A stretch of 64,000 nucleotides of DNA from Escherichia coli (GTDB taxonomy: Bacteria; Pseudomonadota; Gammaproteobacteria; Enterobacterales; Enterobacteriaceae), in the NCBI RefSeq assembly GCF_001677475.2, contig NZ_CP015229.1. One strand, written 5' to 3'. The notes below the pieces were generated by a model. It saw only the letters and a list, made by a program, of their open reading frames with translations, had not been told where the DNA came from and ran no database searches. Of this stretch, positions 12,905-25,022 are shown in pieces. Positions within the stretch are counted from its first letter, which is position 1; every line of letters begins with the position of its first letter. Position numbers and translations under genes: made by a program.

Positions 12905-13554
12905 TCAGCCAGAACCAGCACGCGGGAAACCAGCTTATCAATGCCGTTCGCCGCTTCCGCAATGTTCTGTGCCAACATATAAGCTGGTGTAGTGACAATC
13001 TTATTGTCTTCATCAACCACGATATCATCGACAGGACATGGCACATGCTCCGCGCCCATCTCTTCCAGCACTTCTGCGGTATCGATATCAGTACCGATGG
13101 TCAAACGCAGCGGGAAATCGAAAATTTTCGGCAGCATCGCCGGGGCAATACACACAAAACCAAGCGGTTTTCCGGCCTGATGCATCGCTTGTGCCAGCGC
13201 CTTTAATTCACGGTCAACGGTGCATTCGCTACCAAGACTGGCAAAATTGCTTAAATTCTTCGCCGCGCCAAACCCCCCCGGCACAATCAACGCATCCAGT
13301 TCAGCGGCATCGGCCTGGGCCAGAGGACGGATTTCACCGCGCGTTATTCGTGCCGCTTCAATCAGCACATTGCGCGTTTCCGTCATCGCTTCGCCAGTTA
13401 AATGGTTGATAACATCAACCTGCTGCTTATCCGGTGCAAAGCAGACCGCCTGCGCACCGCTGCGTGAAATAGCTAACAACGTCAACACCGCTTCATGAAT
13501 TTCAGAACCGTCATAGACGCCGCATCCGCTCAGAATTACGCCAATTTTCTTCAT
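12901..13554 (-). CDS. elbB: ElbB (YhbL), DJ-1/PfpI-like glyoxalase-family protein
   Basis: ORF track 12901..13563(-) trimmed to [10 protein letters not shown]... (217 aa). Confidence 0.9.
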   Translation of the reverse strand: MKKIGVILSGCGVYDGSEIHEAVLTLLAISRSGAQAVCFAPDKQQVDVINHLTGEAMTETRNVLIEAARITRGEIRPLAQADAAELDALIVPGGFGAAKNLSNFASLGSECTVDRELKALAQAMHQAGKPLGFVCIAPAMLPKIFDFPLRLTIGTDIDTAEVLEEMGAEHVPCPVDDIVVDEDNKIVTTPAYMLAQNIAEAANGIDKLVSRVLVLAE

Positions 13555-13671
13555 TGTGATCATCCTTTCGCAATTGACTGAAACACATTAATTTTTTTAA
13601 TAAAAATGCTACGCATCACACATTTAACTGATTCATGTAACAAATCATTTAAGTTTTGCTATCTTAACTGC

Positions 13672-13792
13672 GTGCGGCCTGAAAAACAGTGCTGTGCCCT
13701 TGTAACTCATCATAATAATTTACGGCGCAGCCAAGATTTCCCTGGTGTTGGCGCAGTATTCGCGCACCCCGGTCTAGCCGGGGTCATTTTTT
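13672..13792 (+). ncRNA. arcZ: ArcZ (SraH/RyhA) Hfq-dependent small RNA
   Basis: Sequence GTGCGGCCTGAAAAACAGTGCTGTGCCCTTGTAACTCATCATAATAATTTACGGCGCAGCCAAGATTTCCCTGGTGTTGGCGCAGTATTCGCGCACCCCGGTCTAGCCGGGGTCATTTTTT recognised from memory as ArcZ; ends in a GC-rich hairpin plus T-run; convergent with arcB and overlaps its 3' end. Confidence 0.85.
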
Positions 13793-16120
13793 AGTGGCTT
13801 TTGCCACCCACGCTTTCAGTACTTCTACGTCGTGACGCCACTCTTCTTTCATCTCTTCAATCCATTCACCGACGTTATCTTCCCAGGCGGGAAGGTCAGG
13901 AGACTGAATTTGCTGACCCAGCTGTTGCAGATGGCGTAACCCCACTGACCCCGCCGCACCTTTAATTTTATGTCCTTCCTCAACAATGCCTTTTTTATCC
14001 TGCGCCGTCAGATTCGACTCCAGCACGCTGACATAGCCCGGCATCATCTTCTCAAACACCGCTAACCCGTCGGTGATCAGCTTCGGTCCTACAAGTTCGA
14101 GATACTGTTCCAGCATGGGAATATCGAGCAATGCTTCTGATTTACTGTTCTCTTCTGTCGTCACCGTACTCTCCTCATCATCCTGGGTATCCCAGAATTT
14201 CTTGATCATCGCGGTTAGCGCCGGAACAGAAAGCGGCTTACTCAGCACATCATCCATTCCAGCATTGAGGTACTCTTGTTTGTCTTTCAACACGTTAGCG
14301 GTTAAGGCCACCAGCGGCGGTAAATCCTCGCGCGGATAACGCTTCGTCAGTTCACGAGAGATATCCAGCCCGGTCATATCTGGCAACTGAATATCCAGCA
14401 ACACCAGGTCGTATTCGCCCGGTTTAAACATTTCCAGCGCCGCCTTGCCGGTCATGGCGACATCAACGCTGTTACCTAATTTTTCCAGCACAGAGCGTGC
14501 GACAATCACGTTCAGTTCAATATCTTCCACCAGCAGCACATTCAGCGCCGGTAAAGGCATATCGTCTTCATCAAACGCATCATCAACCTCTTCTGCTACC
14601 GACGGTGCGTGGATCGTCAACGTAAAGGTTGAACCTTTGCCCTGTTCGCTGGTAACCGTAATATCGCCGCCCATATTTTTCGCCAGACGACGAGAAACGG
14701 CCAGACCAATACCGGTGCCGGTGGCAGGTTTACCGCCATGACTGTCTTTCACTTGGTAATACATGGCGAAGATTTTATCCAGCTCATCTTGCGGAATGCC
14801 GATACCAGAGTCTTCCACTTCAAAATGCAGCATATCGCCTTCATCGTAGCGCACGCGCACGGTAACCTGGCCTTGCTGGGTGAATTTGACGGCGTTACTG
14901 ATGAGATTCCACAGGATCTGCCGTAAACGCGTCCCGTCGGTAATGACCTGATGCGGTAATGGCAGCGTCGGCTCCAGATTAAAGCGCAATCCTTTCTGTT
15001 GCGCCTGCAATGCGGAGAGATTTTCCAGATCGGCAAGGAAGCTGGTGAAATCAACCGGCTGATTATCAAGCTGGACCTTGCGCCGTTCCATCTTATCCAT
15101 GTCGATAATATCGTTGAAGATATTCCCCAGCGTGACGGCCGAAACATGGATGGTTTTGAGATATTTTTCCTGCTCGGCGGTGAGTTCGGTATCCAGTAGG
15201 ATGCGGCTCAGGCCGACGATACCGTTCAGCGGTGTACGCAATTCGTGACTGATGGTGGAGATAAACGTCGTTTTGTCGCGGCTGGCCCGTTCAAGCGCAT
15301 CCTGATACCGCTTACGCTCGGTAATGTCGCGACCAAAGCCCATCAAACCGTGACGTTTACCCACGCGGTCGTAGTACGGCACTTTACGAATTTCAAAGCA
15401 GGCTTTGCGTCCGTCGGGATAATCCAGCCACTGCTCATAGGTCAGTGACACATTATGACGGAACACTTTTTCATCGGTTTCAATGACTTTCGCAGCGGCT
15501 TCCGGTGAGTAAACATCAGCAGGTTTCAGATGAACCAGTTGTTTTTCGCTTTTTCCGGTCAGCAGCTCCATCGCGCGGTTACAGCCGGAAAACTCTTTAT
15601 CTTCGTTACGATAAAAAACCAGGTCGGGTGAAGCATCAAGGAAGGAACGTAAGAATGAGGATTGCTGCTCGAGCTGAATTTGTGTCTCTTCGCGCTCTTT
15701 GATTTCAATTTTCAGTTGGCCGAAGGTTTCCTGCAGTTCTGCTTCCGCTTTTTCACGAACGGCAATTTCCTGATTTAGCTGGGCAATATTATCTTTTAAC
15801 TGAACGTTGAGGCTCAAATCGCGCTCGCGCATCTCCTCCAGTTTTTGCACCAGCCGTGACAGACGTTGTCGTGACTCCTCCAGTTGCTCGACGACCACCG
15901 ATAGAAAGTAGACCGCCCACGGCGTAATCAGCAAACCAAAGAAGATAGAACGAATAACATCAATGCTTTCGACCTGACCATGCAGCACCATGGTTACCGC
16001 CATTTGTACCACAATGGCAAGAACGACGAGGGCCAGCGCCAGCAACATTGAGAAGCGCACCAGACCTAACTTCATCATCAGGTCAACATAATACTGCGCC
16101 AGCAGACGAATTTGCTTCAT
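13784..16120 (-). CDS. arcB: ArcB, aerobic respiration control sensor histidine kinase
   Basis: ORF track 13784..16120(-), 778 aa; HisKA motif (SHELRTPLN), receiver and HPt domains. Confidence 0.96.
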   Translation of the reverse strand: MKQIRLLAQYYVDLMMKLGLVRFSMLLALALVVLAIVVQMAVTMVLHGQVESIDVIRSIFFGLLITPWAVYFLSVVVEQLEESRQRLSRLVQKLEEMRERDLSLNVQLKDNIAQLNQEIAVREKAEAELQETFGQLKIEIKEREETQIQLEQQSSFLRSFLDASPDLVFYRNEDKEFSGCNRAMELLTGKSEKQLVHLKPADVYSPEAAAKVIETDEKVFRHNVSLTYEQWLDYPDGRKACFEIRKVPYYDRVGKRHGLMGFGRDITERKRYQDALERASRDKTTFISTISHELRTPLNGIVGLSRILLDTELTAEQEKYLKTIHVSAVTLGNIFNDIIDMDKMERRKVQLDNQPVDFTSFLADLENLSALQAQQKGLRFNLEPTLPLPHQVITDGTRLRQILWNLISNAVKFTQQGQVTVRVRYDEGDMLHFEVEDSGIGIPQDELDKIFAMYYQVKDSHGGKPATGTGIGLAVSRRLAKNMGGDITVTSEQGKGSTFTLTIHAPSVAEEVDDAFDEDDMPLPALNVLLVEDIELNVIVARSVLEKLGNSVDVAMTGKAALEMFKPGEYDLVLLDIQLPDMTGLDISRELTKRYPREDLPPLVALTANVLKDKQEYLNAGMDDVLSKPLSVPALTAMIKKFWDTQDDEESTVTTEENSKSEALLDIPMLEQYLELVGPKLITDGLAVFEKMMPGYVSVLESNLTAQDKKGIVEEGHKIKGAAGSVGLRHLQQLGQQIQSPDLPAWEDNVGEWIEEMKEEWRHDVEVLKAWVAKATKK

Positions 16121-16215
16121 TAGGGAATTCCTTCACGACAACCTGCCCCAATAATACCCAATTCTGACAGTTACGTTATAAATTGTGTGAGAAATGCGGA
16201 ATTCCCCTCAACGAC

Positions 16216-17145
16216 CTACTCCGTTGGAGGTAGCCACGGACGTCCCAGCGCCGATCCCTGTACGCCATGTTCATTCAGATAGCGATCCAGCTCGACCATT
16301 CCCGTCCATCGATTTTCGCACCACAGAGGAGCAAGCAGCGTCGGGCGACGGGCGCTGGCGGAAATGCGGTGGTAGATCACTTCCGGTGGCGTATGGCGAA
16401 TCATTTCTCCGGCAGTGAGCGTGTAATCCTCCAGTTCAATACCGTTCAAACGCCCCGCTTCCCAGGCTTTCGCCATAATGCTGCCTTTCACAATATGCAG
16501 CGGATGCAGCTTTATGCCGTCCACGCCGGTTTCAACCACTCGCTCCAGCGTTTGTAAACATTCAGCCTGCCCTTCGCCAGGCAGGCCGACAATTAAGTGG
16601 GAACACACCTTCAGCCCGCGCTGACGTGCCAGCTGGGTTGTACGCTGATAACAGGCAAAATCATGGCCGCGGTTGATGCGATGCAGTGTTTTGTCGTGGG
16701 CGGTTTGTAGCCCCAGCTCCAGCCACACTTCGTAACCCTGGTCCTTATATTCGCAAAGCAGATCCAGCACCGCATCCGGCACGCAGTCCGGGCGGGTACC
16801 AACACACAAACCGACAATATTGGCCTGGCTCACCGCCTGCTGATACATAGAACGCAGCACCTGAACTTCCGCAAAGGTGCTGGTATACGCCTGAAAGTAG
16901 GCCAGATAGCGTTTAGCGCGGTTAACTAAATTCGCCTGGTGCGCCAGTTGCTCGGCAATGGAACGATGCTGCTGCGCTTCATCGGCAAACGAGGCCACAT
17001 TACAGAATGTGCAGCCACCACGCCCGATGGTACCGTCACGGTTAGGGCAGCTAAAACCGCCGTGCAGCGTCAGCTTATGCACCTTTTGCCCATAACGACG
17101 GGTGAGATCACCACCAAACATATTGACTAATTTCTGTAACTGCAT
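16216..17145 (-). CDS. yhcC: YhcC, radical SAM family protein
   Basis: ORF track 16216..17178(-) trimmed to MQLQKLVNMFGG... (309 aa); Cys-rich radical SAM-like N-terminal region. Exact start uncertain. Confidence 0.85.
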   Translation of the reverse strand: MQLQKLVNMFGGDLTRRYGQKVHKLTLHGGFSCPNRDGTIGRGGCTFCNVASFADEAQQHRSIAEQLAHQANLVNRAKRYLAYFQAYTSTFAEVQVLRSMYQQAVSQANIVGLCVGTRPDCVPDAVLDLLCEYKDQGYEVWLELGLQTAHDKTLHRINRGHDFACYQRTTQLARQRGLKVCSHLIVGLPGEGQAECLQTLERVVETGVDGIKLHPLHIVKGSIMAKAWEAGRLNGIELEDYTLTAGEMIRHTPPEVIYHRISASARRPTLLAPLWCENRWTGMVELDRYLNEHGVQGSALGRPWLPPTE

Positions 17146-17726
17146 AATCTGATAGACCGCGCCTTGAAAAGAGGCCAAAGCCTGCCATTTTTAGCTCAAT
17201 TCGGCGATGACCTGGATCAATCGTCCCGGCCTGCTTTTATCAACTGCATAATCAATCAAAATTACCGAAATTTCATGCATAATCACATAAATCACTTTTG
17301 CTTATCTTGTGTCAGATTTTTTTATCTCCTTATGGATTTTAGGCAAAAACAGTAGCATGAAACGTCATTACCAATTAAGGCAGTATAAAATGCTGGCTTT
17401 CTCGTCAGTTCAAGGCAGGATAAGGGTTAACACGCCTTTATGACAGTCAGGAATTGGCTGTTTCTCTAACGACGCCCCTTTTAGCCTTAATTAGAAAATC
17501 TATTTTAATTTCAGTCAATTAATAAAGAATTTTGCGCTAAAGCACATTTCTGTACCAATAAGCTTGCCATTTGACCTGTATCAGCTTTCCCGATAAGTTG
17601 GAAATCCGCTGGAAGCTTTCTGGATGAGCAGCCTGCTCATCATATTTATGCAGTAATTGAGATCCCCTCTTCACCGTATTAACCGATGCGAAAAGGACAA
17701 CAAGGGGGCGAATGCGAGGCGCGCGT

Positions 17727-20700
17727 ATGACACGCAAACCCCGTCGCCATGCTCTTTCTGTGCCCGTGCGCAGCGGTTCGGAAGTGGGGTTCCCGCAGAG
17801 CCTGGGGGAGGTTCACGATATGTTGTACGATAAATCCCTTGAGAGGGATAACTGTGGTTTCGGCCTGATCGCCCACATAGAAGGCGAACCTAGCCACAAG
17901 GTAGTGCGTACTGCAATACACGCACTGGCCCGCATGCAGCACCGTGGCGCGATTCTCGCCGATGGTAAAACCGGTGACGGTTGCGGCTTGCTGTTACAAA
18001 AACCGGATCGCTTTTTTCGCATCGTTGCGCAGGAGCGCGGCTGGCGTTTAGCGAAAAACTACGCCGTCGGGATGCTATTCCTGAATAAAGATCCTGAACT
18101 CGCCGCTGCCGCACGCCGCATCGTTGAAGAAGAGCTGCAACGCGAAACCTTGTCGATTGTGGGCTGGCGTGATGTCCCCACTAACGAAGGCGTGTTGGGT
18201 GAAATCGCCCTCTCCTCTCTGCCACGCATTGAGCAAATTTTTGTGAACGCCCCGGCAGGCTGGCGTCCGCGCGATATGGAGCGCCGTCTGTTTATCGCCC
18301 GCCGCCGCATTGAAAAGCGTCTCGAAGCCGACAAAGACTTCTACGTCTGTAGCCTGTCGAATCTGGTGAACATCTATAAAGGTCTGTGTATGCCGGCGGA
18401 TCTGCCGCGCTTTTATCTGGATCTTGCGGACCTGCGTCTGGAATCGGCCATTTGCTTGTTCCACCAGCGCTTCTCCACGAACACCGTACCGCGCTGGCCG
18501 CTGGCGCAGCCGTTCCGCTATCTGGCGCATAACGGTGAAATCAACACCATCACCGGTAACCGCCAATGGGCGCGTGCGCGTACCTATAAATTCCAGACGC
18601 CGCTTATCCCTGATCTGCACGACGCCGCACCGTTCGTCAACGAAACCGGCTCTGACTCCAGTTCGATGGATAACATGCTGGAACTGCTGCTGGCAGGCGG
18701 GATGGATATCATCCGCGCCATGCGCCTATTAGTACCACCCGCCTGGCAGAACAACCCGGATATGGACCCGGAACTGCGTGCCTTCTTTGACTTTAACTCC
18801 ATGCATATGGAGCCGTGGGATGGCCCGGCGGGCATCGTGATGTCCGATGGTCGTTTTGCCGCCTGTAACCTCGACCGTAACGGTCTGCGTCCGGCGCGCT
18901 ACGTCATCACCAAAGATAAGCTCATCACCTGCGCCTCTGAAGTCGGTATCTGGGATTATCAGCCTGACGAAGTGGTCGAAAAAGGCCGCGTCGGGCCAGG
19001 CGAACTGATGGTTATCGACACCCGCAGTGGGCGTATTCTGCACTCGGCAGAAACCGATGACGATCTGAAAAGCCGCCACCCTTATAAAGAGTGGATGGAG
19101 AAAAACGTCCGCCGCCTGGTACCGTTTGAAGATCTGCCCGATGAAGAAGTGGGTAGCCGCGAACTGGACGACGACACGCTTGCCAGCTACCAGAAACAGT
19201 TTAACTACAGCGCGGAAGAGCTGGACTCCGTAATTCGCGTACTGGGCGAAAACGGTCAGGAAGCGGTCGGATCGATGGGCGATGATACCCCATTCGCCGT
19301 GCTCTCCAGTCAGCCGCGCATTATTTACGACTACTTCCGCCAGCAGTTTGCTCAGGTGACTAACCCGCCAATCGACCCGCTGCGTGAAGCGCATGTTATG
19401 TCGCTCGCCACCAGCATTGGTCGTGAAATGAACGTCTTCTGTGAAGCAGAGGGCCAGGCGCACCGTTTAAGCTTTAAATCGCCGATTCTGCTCTACTCCG
19501 ATTTCAAACAGCTCACGACGATGAAAGAGGAGCACTACCGCGCAGATACGCTGGATATCACCTTTGACGTCACTAAAACCACGCTCGAAGCGACAGTCAA
19601 AGAGCTGTGCGACAAAGCCGAAAAAATGGTACGTAGCGGCACCGTGTTGCTGGTGCTCTCCGACCGGAATATCGCTAAAGATCGCCTGCCGGTTCCGGCT
19701 CCGATGGCGGTTGGCGCGATCCAGACCCGTCTGGTCGATCAAAGCCTGCGCTGCGATGCCAACATCATCGTCGAAACCGCCAGCGCCCGCGATCCGCACC
19801 ATTTCGCCGTGTTGCTGGGCTTCGGTGCGACGGCTATTTATCCGTACCTTGCCTATGAAACGCTGGGCCGTCTGGTAGACACCCACGCGATTGCCAAAGA
19901 TTATCGTACCGTGATGTTGAACTACCGTAACGGCATCAACAAAGGCTTGTACAAAATCATGTCCAAAATGGGCATCTCCACCATCGCCTCTTACCGCTGC
20001 TCGAAACTGTTTGAAGCGGTCGGTCTGCACGATGATGTAGTGGGCCTGTGCTTCCAGGGAGCGGTCAGTCGCATTGGTGGGGCGAGCTTTGAAGACTTCC
20101 AGCAGGATCTGCTGAATCTCTCGAAACGTGCCTGGCTGGCGCGTAAGCCCATCAGCCAGGGCGGCCTGCTGAAATATGTGCACGGCGGCGAATACCACGC
20201 CTACAACCCGGACGTGGTGCGCACGCTGCAACAGGCGGTACAGAGCGGCGAGTATAGCGACTATCAGGAATACGCGAAGCTGGTTAATGAGCGTCCGGCA
20301 ACCACGCTACGCGATCTGCTGGCAATTACGCCGGGTGAAAACGCGGTCAACATTGCTGATGTTGAACCGGCAAGCGAACTGTTTAAACGCTTCGATACCG
20401 CTGCGATGTCTATCGGCGCGTTAAGCCCGGAAGCCCACGAGGCGCTGGCTGAAGCGATGAACAGCATCGGCGGTAACTCGAACTCCGGTGAAGGCGGTGA
20501 AGACCCGGCGCGCTACGGCACTAACAAAGTGTCGCGCATCAAGCAGGTGGCGTCAGGTCGCTTCGGTGTTACTCCGGCGTACCTGGTCAATGCTGACGTC
20601 ATTCAGATTAAAGTCGCCCAGGGCGCGAAGCCGGGCGAAGGCGGTCAGTTGCCAGGTGATAAAGTCACGCCTTACATCGCCAAACTGCGCTATTCGGTGC

Positions 20701-22280
20701 CGGGCGTGACGCTGATCTCCCCGCCGCCGCACCATGATATCTACTCTATCGAGGACTTAGCGCAGCTTATTTTCGACCTCAAGCAGGTTAACCCGAAAGC
20801 GATGATCTCCGTGAAGCTGGTTTCCGAACCGGGCGTAGGCACCATCGCGACTGGCGTGGCAAAAGCTTATGCCGATTTAATCACCATCGCAGGCTATGAC
20901 GGCGGCACCGGCGCAAGTCCGCTTTCATCGGTGAAATACGCAGGCTGTCCGTGGGAACTCGGCCTGGTGGAAACCCAACAGGCGCTGGTTGCCAACGGTT
21001 TACGTCATAAAATTCGTTTGCAGGTTGATGGCGGCCTGAAAACGGGCGTTGATATCATCAAAGCGGCGATTCTCGGCGCAGAAAGCTTCGGCTTCGGCAC
21101 TGGCCCAATGGTCGCGCTCGGTTGTAAATATCTGCGAATTTGCCACCTGAACAACTGCGCCACGGGTGTAGCAACTCAGGATGACAAACTGCGTAAGAAT
21201 CACTATCACGGCCTGCCGTTCAAAGTGACTAATTACTTTGAGTTTATCGCCCGTGAAACCCGCGAACTGATGGCACAGCTGGGCGTAACGCGTCTGGTGG
21301 ATCTGATTGGTCGCACCGACCTGCTGAAAGAGCTGGACGGTTTCACCGCCAAACAGCAGAAACTGGCGCTGTCGAAGCTGCTGGAAACCGCCGAACCGCA
21401 TGCAGGTAAGGCGCTCTACTGTACCGAAAACAATCCGCCGTTTGATAACGGCCTGCTGAACGCGCAGTTGCTGCAACAGGCGAAACCGTTTGTCGATGAA
21501 CGCCAGAGCAAAACCTTCTGGTTCGATATCCGCAACACCGACCGTTCTGTCGGCGCGTCGCTTTCAGGCTATATCGCCCAGACGCACGGCGATCAGGGGC
21601 TGGCAGCCGATCCTATCAAAGCGTACTTCAACGGCACCGCAGGCCAGAGTTTCGGTGTGTGGAACGCGGGCGGCGTGGAACTGTACCTGACCGGGGATGC
21701 CAACGACTATGTCGGTAAAGGCATGGCGGGCGGCTTAATCGCCATTCGTCCTCCGGTTGGTTCCGCCTTCCGCAGCCATGAAGCAAGTATTATCGGCAAC
21801 ACCTGCCTGTATGGCGCGACCGGTGGTCGTCTGTATGCCGCAGGCCGCGCGGGTGAACGTTTCGGCGTGCGTAACTCCGGTGCTATCACCGTGGTAGAAG
21901 GCATTGGCGACAACGGCTGTGAATATATGACGGGTGGTATCGTCTGTATTCTGGGTAAAACCGGCGTTAACTTCGGCGCGGGCATGACCGGCGGCTTCGC
22001 TTACGTTCTCGATGAAAGCGGCGATTTCCGCAAACGCGTTAACCCGGAACTGGTCGAGGTCTTAAGCGTTGACGATCTGGCGATCCATGAAGAGCATCTG
22101 CGTGGTCTTATCACCGAGCATGTTCAGCATACTGGCTCTCAGCGCGGTGAAGAGATTCTGGCGAACTGGTCAACCTTCGCCACTAAATTTGCGCTGGTTA
22201 AACCGAAGTCCAGTGATGTAAAAGCACTGCTGGGTCACCGTAGTCGTAGCGCAGCAGAGTTGCGCGTGCAGGCGCAGTAA
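17727..22280 (+). CDS. gltB: Glutamate synthase (NADPH) large subunit
   Basis: ORF track 17712..22280(+) trimmed to MTRKPRRHALSV...; the mature N-terminal Cys of the amidotransferase domain sits in ...ERDNCGFGLIAHIEG. Confidence 0.95.
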   Translation: MTRKPRRHALSVPVRSGSEVGFPQSLGEVHDMLYDKSLERDNCGFGLIAHIEGEPSHKVVRTAIHALARMQHRGAILADGKTGDGCGLLLQKPDRFFRIVAQERGWRLAKNYAVGMLFLNKDPELAAAARRIVEEELQRETLSIVGWRDVPTNEGVLGEIALSSLPRIEQIFVNAPAGWRPRDMERRLFIARRRIEKRLEADKDFYVCSLSNLVNIYKGLCMPADLPRFYLDLADLRLESAICLFHQRFSTNTVPRWPLAQPFRYLAHNGEINTITGNRQWARARTYKFQTPLIPDLHDAAPFVNETGSDSSSMDNMLELLLAGGMDIIRAMRLLVPPAWQNNPDMDPELRAFFDFNSMHMEPWDGPAGIVMSDGRFAACNLDRNGLRPARYVITKDKLITCASEVGIWDYQPDEVVEKGRVGPGELMVIDTRSGRILHSAETDDDLKSRHPYKEWMEKNVRRLVPFEDLPDEEVGSRELDDDTLASYQKQFNYSAEELDSVIRVLGENGQEAVGSMGDDTPFAVLSSQPRIIYDYFRQQFAQVTNPPIDPLREAHVMSLATSIGREMNVFCEAEGQAHRLSFKSPILLYSDFKQLTTMKEEHYRADTLDITFDVTKTTLEATVKELCDKAEKMVRSGTVLLVLSDRNIAKDRLPVPAPMAVGAIQTRLVDQSLRCDANIIVETASARDPHHFAVLLGFGATAIYPYLAYETLGRLVDTHAIAKDYRTVMLNYRNGINKGLYKIMSKMGISTIASYRCSKLFEAVGLHDDVVGLCFQGAVSRIGGASFEDFQQDLLNLSKRAWLARKPISQGGLLKYVHGGEYHAYNPDVVRTLQQAVQSGEYSDYQEYAKLVNERPATTLRDLLAITPGENAVNIADVEPASELFKRFDTAAMSIGALSPEAHEALAEAMNSIGGNSNSGEGGEDPARYGTNKVSRIKQVASGRFGVTPAYLVNADVIQIKVAQGAKPGEGGQLPGDKVTPYIAKLRYSVPGVTLISPPPHHDIYSIEDLAQLIFDLKQVNPKAMISVKLVSEPGVGTIATGVAKAYADLITIAGYDGGTGASPLSSVKYAGCPWELGLVETQQALVANGLRHKIRLQVDGGLKTGVDIIKAAILGAESFGFGTGPMVALGCKYLRICHLNNCATGVATQDDKLRKNHYHGLPFKVTNYFEFIARETRELMAQLGVTRLVDLIGRTDLLKELDGFTAKQQKLALSKLLETAEPHAGKALYCTENNPPFDNGLLNAQLLQQAKPFVDERQSKTFWFDIRNTDRSVGASLSGYIAQTHGDQGLAADPIKAYFNGTAGQSFGVWNAGGVELYLTGDANDYVGKGMAGGLIAIRPPVGSAFRSHEASIIGNTCLYGATGGRLYAAGRAGERFGVRNSGAITVVEGIGDNGCEYMTGGIVCILGKTGVNFGAGMTGGFAYVLDESGDFRKRVNPELVEVLSVDDLAIHEEHLRGLITEHVQHTGSQRGEEILANWSTFATKFALVKPKSSDVKALLGHRSRSAAELRVQAQ

Positions 22281-23711
<1,431 letters not shown>

Positions 23712-23720
23712 GCTCTGTCC

Positions 23721-23753
23721 CAGCGCCGCCTCCTCAGAAAAGAGTCGGCGCTG
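23721..23753 (+). terminator. Putative gltBD terminator hairpin (approximate coordinates)
   Basis: Inverted repeat cagcgccg...cggcgctg starting about 10 bp after the gltD stop; the following T-run is weak. Confidence 0.4.
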
Positions 23754-23894
23754 AAATTCTCCTTTCTTTCTGGAAAGCGCCTCGCATAATCTGAAGAAAA
23801 CCAATGTAATACGCTCATCTGGATTGTTACCGGTAGATGCCCGGCGTATAGCTGATTCCATTATTCAACGCAGCGCCATATAAAGGGACAGATA

Positions 23895-25022
23895 ATGGAA
23901 TCGCTCTCAGAGAGAACCTCAACAGGCTACCAGCAAATCCACGACGGTATTATTCATCTGGTCGATAGCGCACGGACGGAAACGGTACGTAGCGTTAACG
24001 CGCTGATGACCGCGACATACTGGGAAATTGGCCGACGAATTGTCGAATTTGAACAAGGTGGCGAGGCCAGGGCTGCGTATGGTGCGCAGCTAATCAAGCG
24101 ACTATCAAAGGATTTAAGTCTAAGGTATAAGCGTGGGTTCTCTGCAAAAAACTTACGCCAAATGAGGCTTTTTTACCTCTTTTTTCAACATGTTGAAATT
24201 CGCCAGACAGTGTCTGGCGAATTAACACCATTGGGAATTCCGCAGACACCATCTGCAGAATTCCCATCGGCAAAGATTTGGCAGACGCTGTCTGCCAAAT
24301 CTTTCCCCCTGCCCTGGTCCACCTACGTCCGTTTACTTTCCGTTAAAAACGCTGACGCCCGCAGCTTTTATGAAAAAGAGACGCTCCGCTGTGGCTAGTC
24401 TGTTCGCCAGCTAGAACGGCAAATTGCGACCCAATTTTATGAGCGAACACTACTGTCACATGACAAATCAGCCATGCTGCAACAACATGCTCCTGCCGAG
24501 ACGCATATTCTTCCGCAACAGGCGATACGCGATCCTTTTGTGCTTGAATTTCTGGAGTTGAAAGATGAATACTCAGAATCCGATTTTGAGGAGGCGCTGA
24601 TCAACCACCTGATGGATTTCATGCTGGAACTTGGGGATGATTTTGCCTTTGTTGGTCGACAGCGAAGGTTACGCATTGATGACAACTGGTTTCGTGTCGA
24701 TCTGCTGTTTTTCCACCGCCGTTTACGCTGCCTGCTAATCGTCGATCTAAAAGTGGGCAAATTCAGCTATAGCGATGCCGGACAGATGAATATGTATCTC
24801 AACTACGCCAAAGAGCACTGGACGCTACCGGATGAAAATCCGCCCATCGGTCTGGTTCTCTGTGCAGAGAAAGGAGTCGGAGAAGCGCATTATGCACTGG
24901 CTGGTTTGCCTAACACCGTTCTGGCGAGTGAATATAAGATGCAACTACCTGATGAAAAACGACTCGCGGATGAACTCGTTCGAACACAGGCGGTGTTAGA
25001 GGAAGGCTATAGACGCCGTTAA
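23895..25022 (+). pseudogene. yhcG: yhcG (DUF1016 / PD-(D/E)xK nuclease-like family) interrupted by one in-frame TAG codon
   Basis: Track ORFs 23895..24398 (167 aa) and 24474..25022 (182 aa) are in the same frame. The only interruption is TAG at 24396..24398 (sequence tgt ggc TAG tct gtt cgc). Read-through length is about 375 aa, the size I recall for intact K-12 YhcG. Confidence 0.8.

Noticed and set aside
13606-13794. 62-aa plus-strand ORF in the elbB-arcB spacer
   Set aside because: It coincides with the ArcZ sRNA; the region is explained by a non-coding RNA and its terminator.
18729-20231. Two long minus-strand ORFs (244 aa and 254 aa) antisense to gltB
   Set aside because: They lie entirely within the strongly supported gltB frame, have no recognisable motifs, and are typical of spurious open frames opposite GC-rich, highly expressed genes.
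23895-24398. Treating the 167-aa and 182-aa yhcG pieces as two independent genes
   Set aside because: Same frame, separated by a single TAG, and the read-through length equals the intact single-gene product; reported as one interrupted gene instead.
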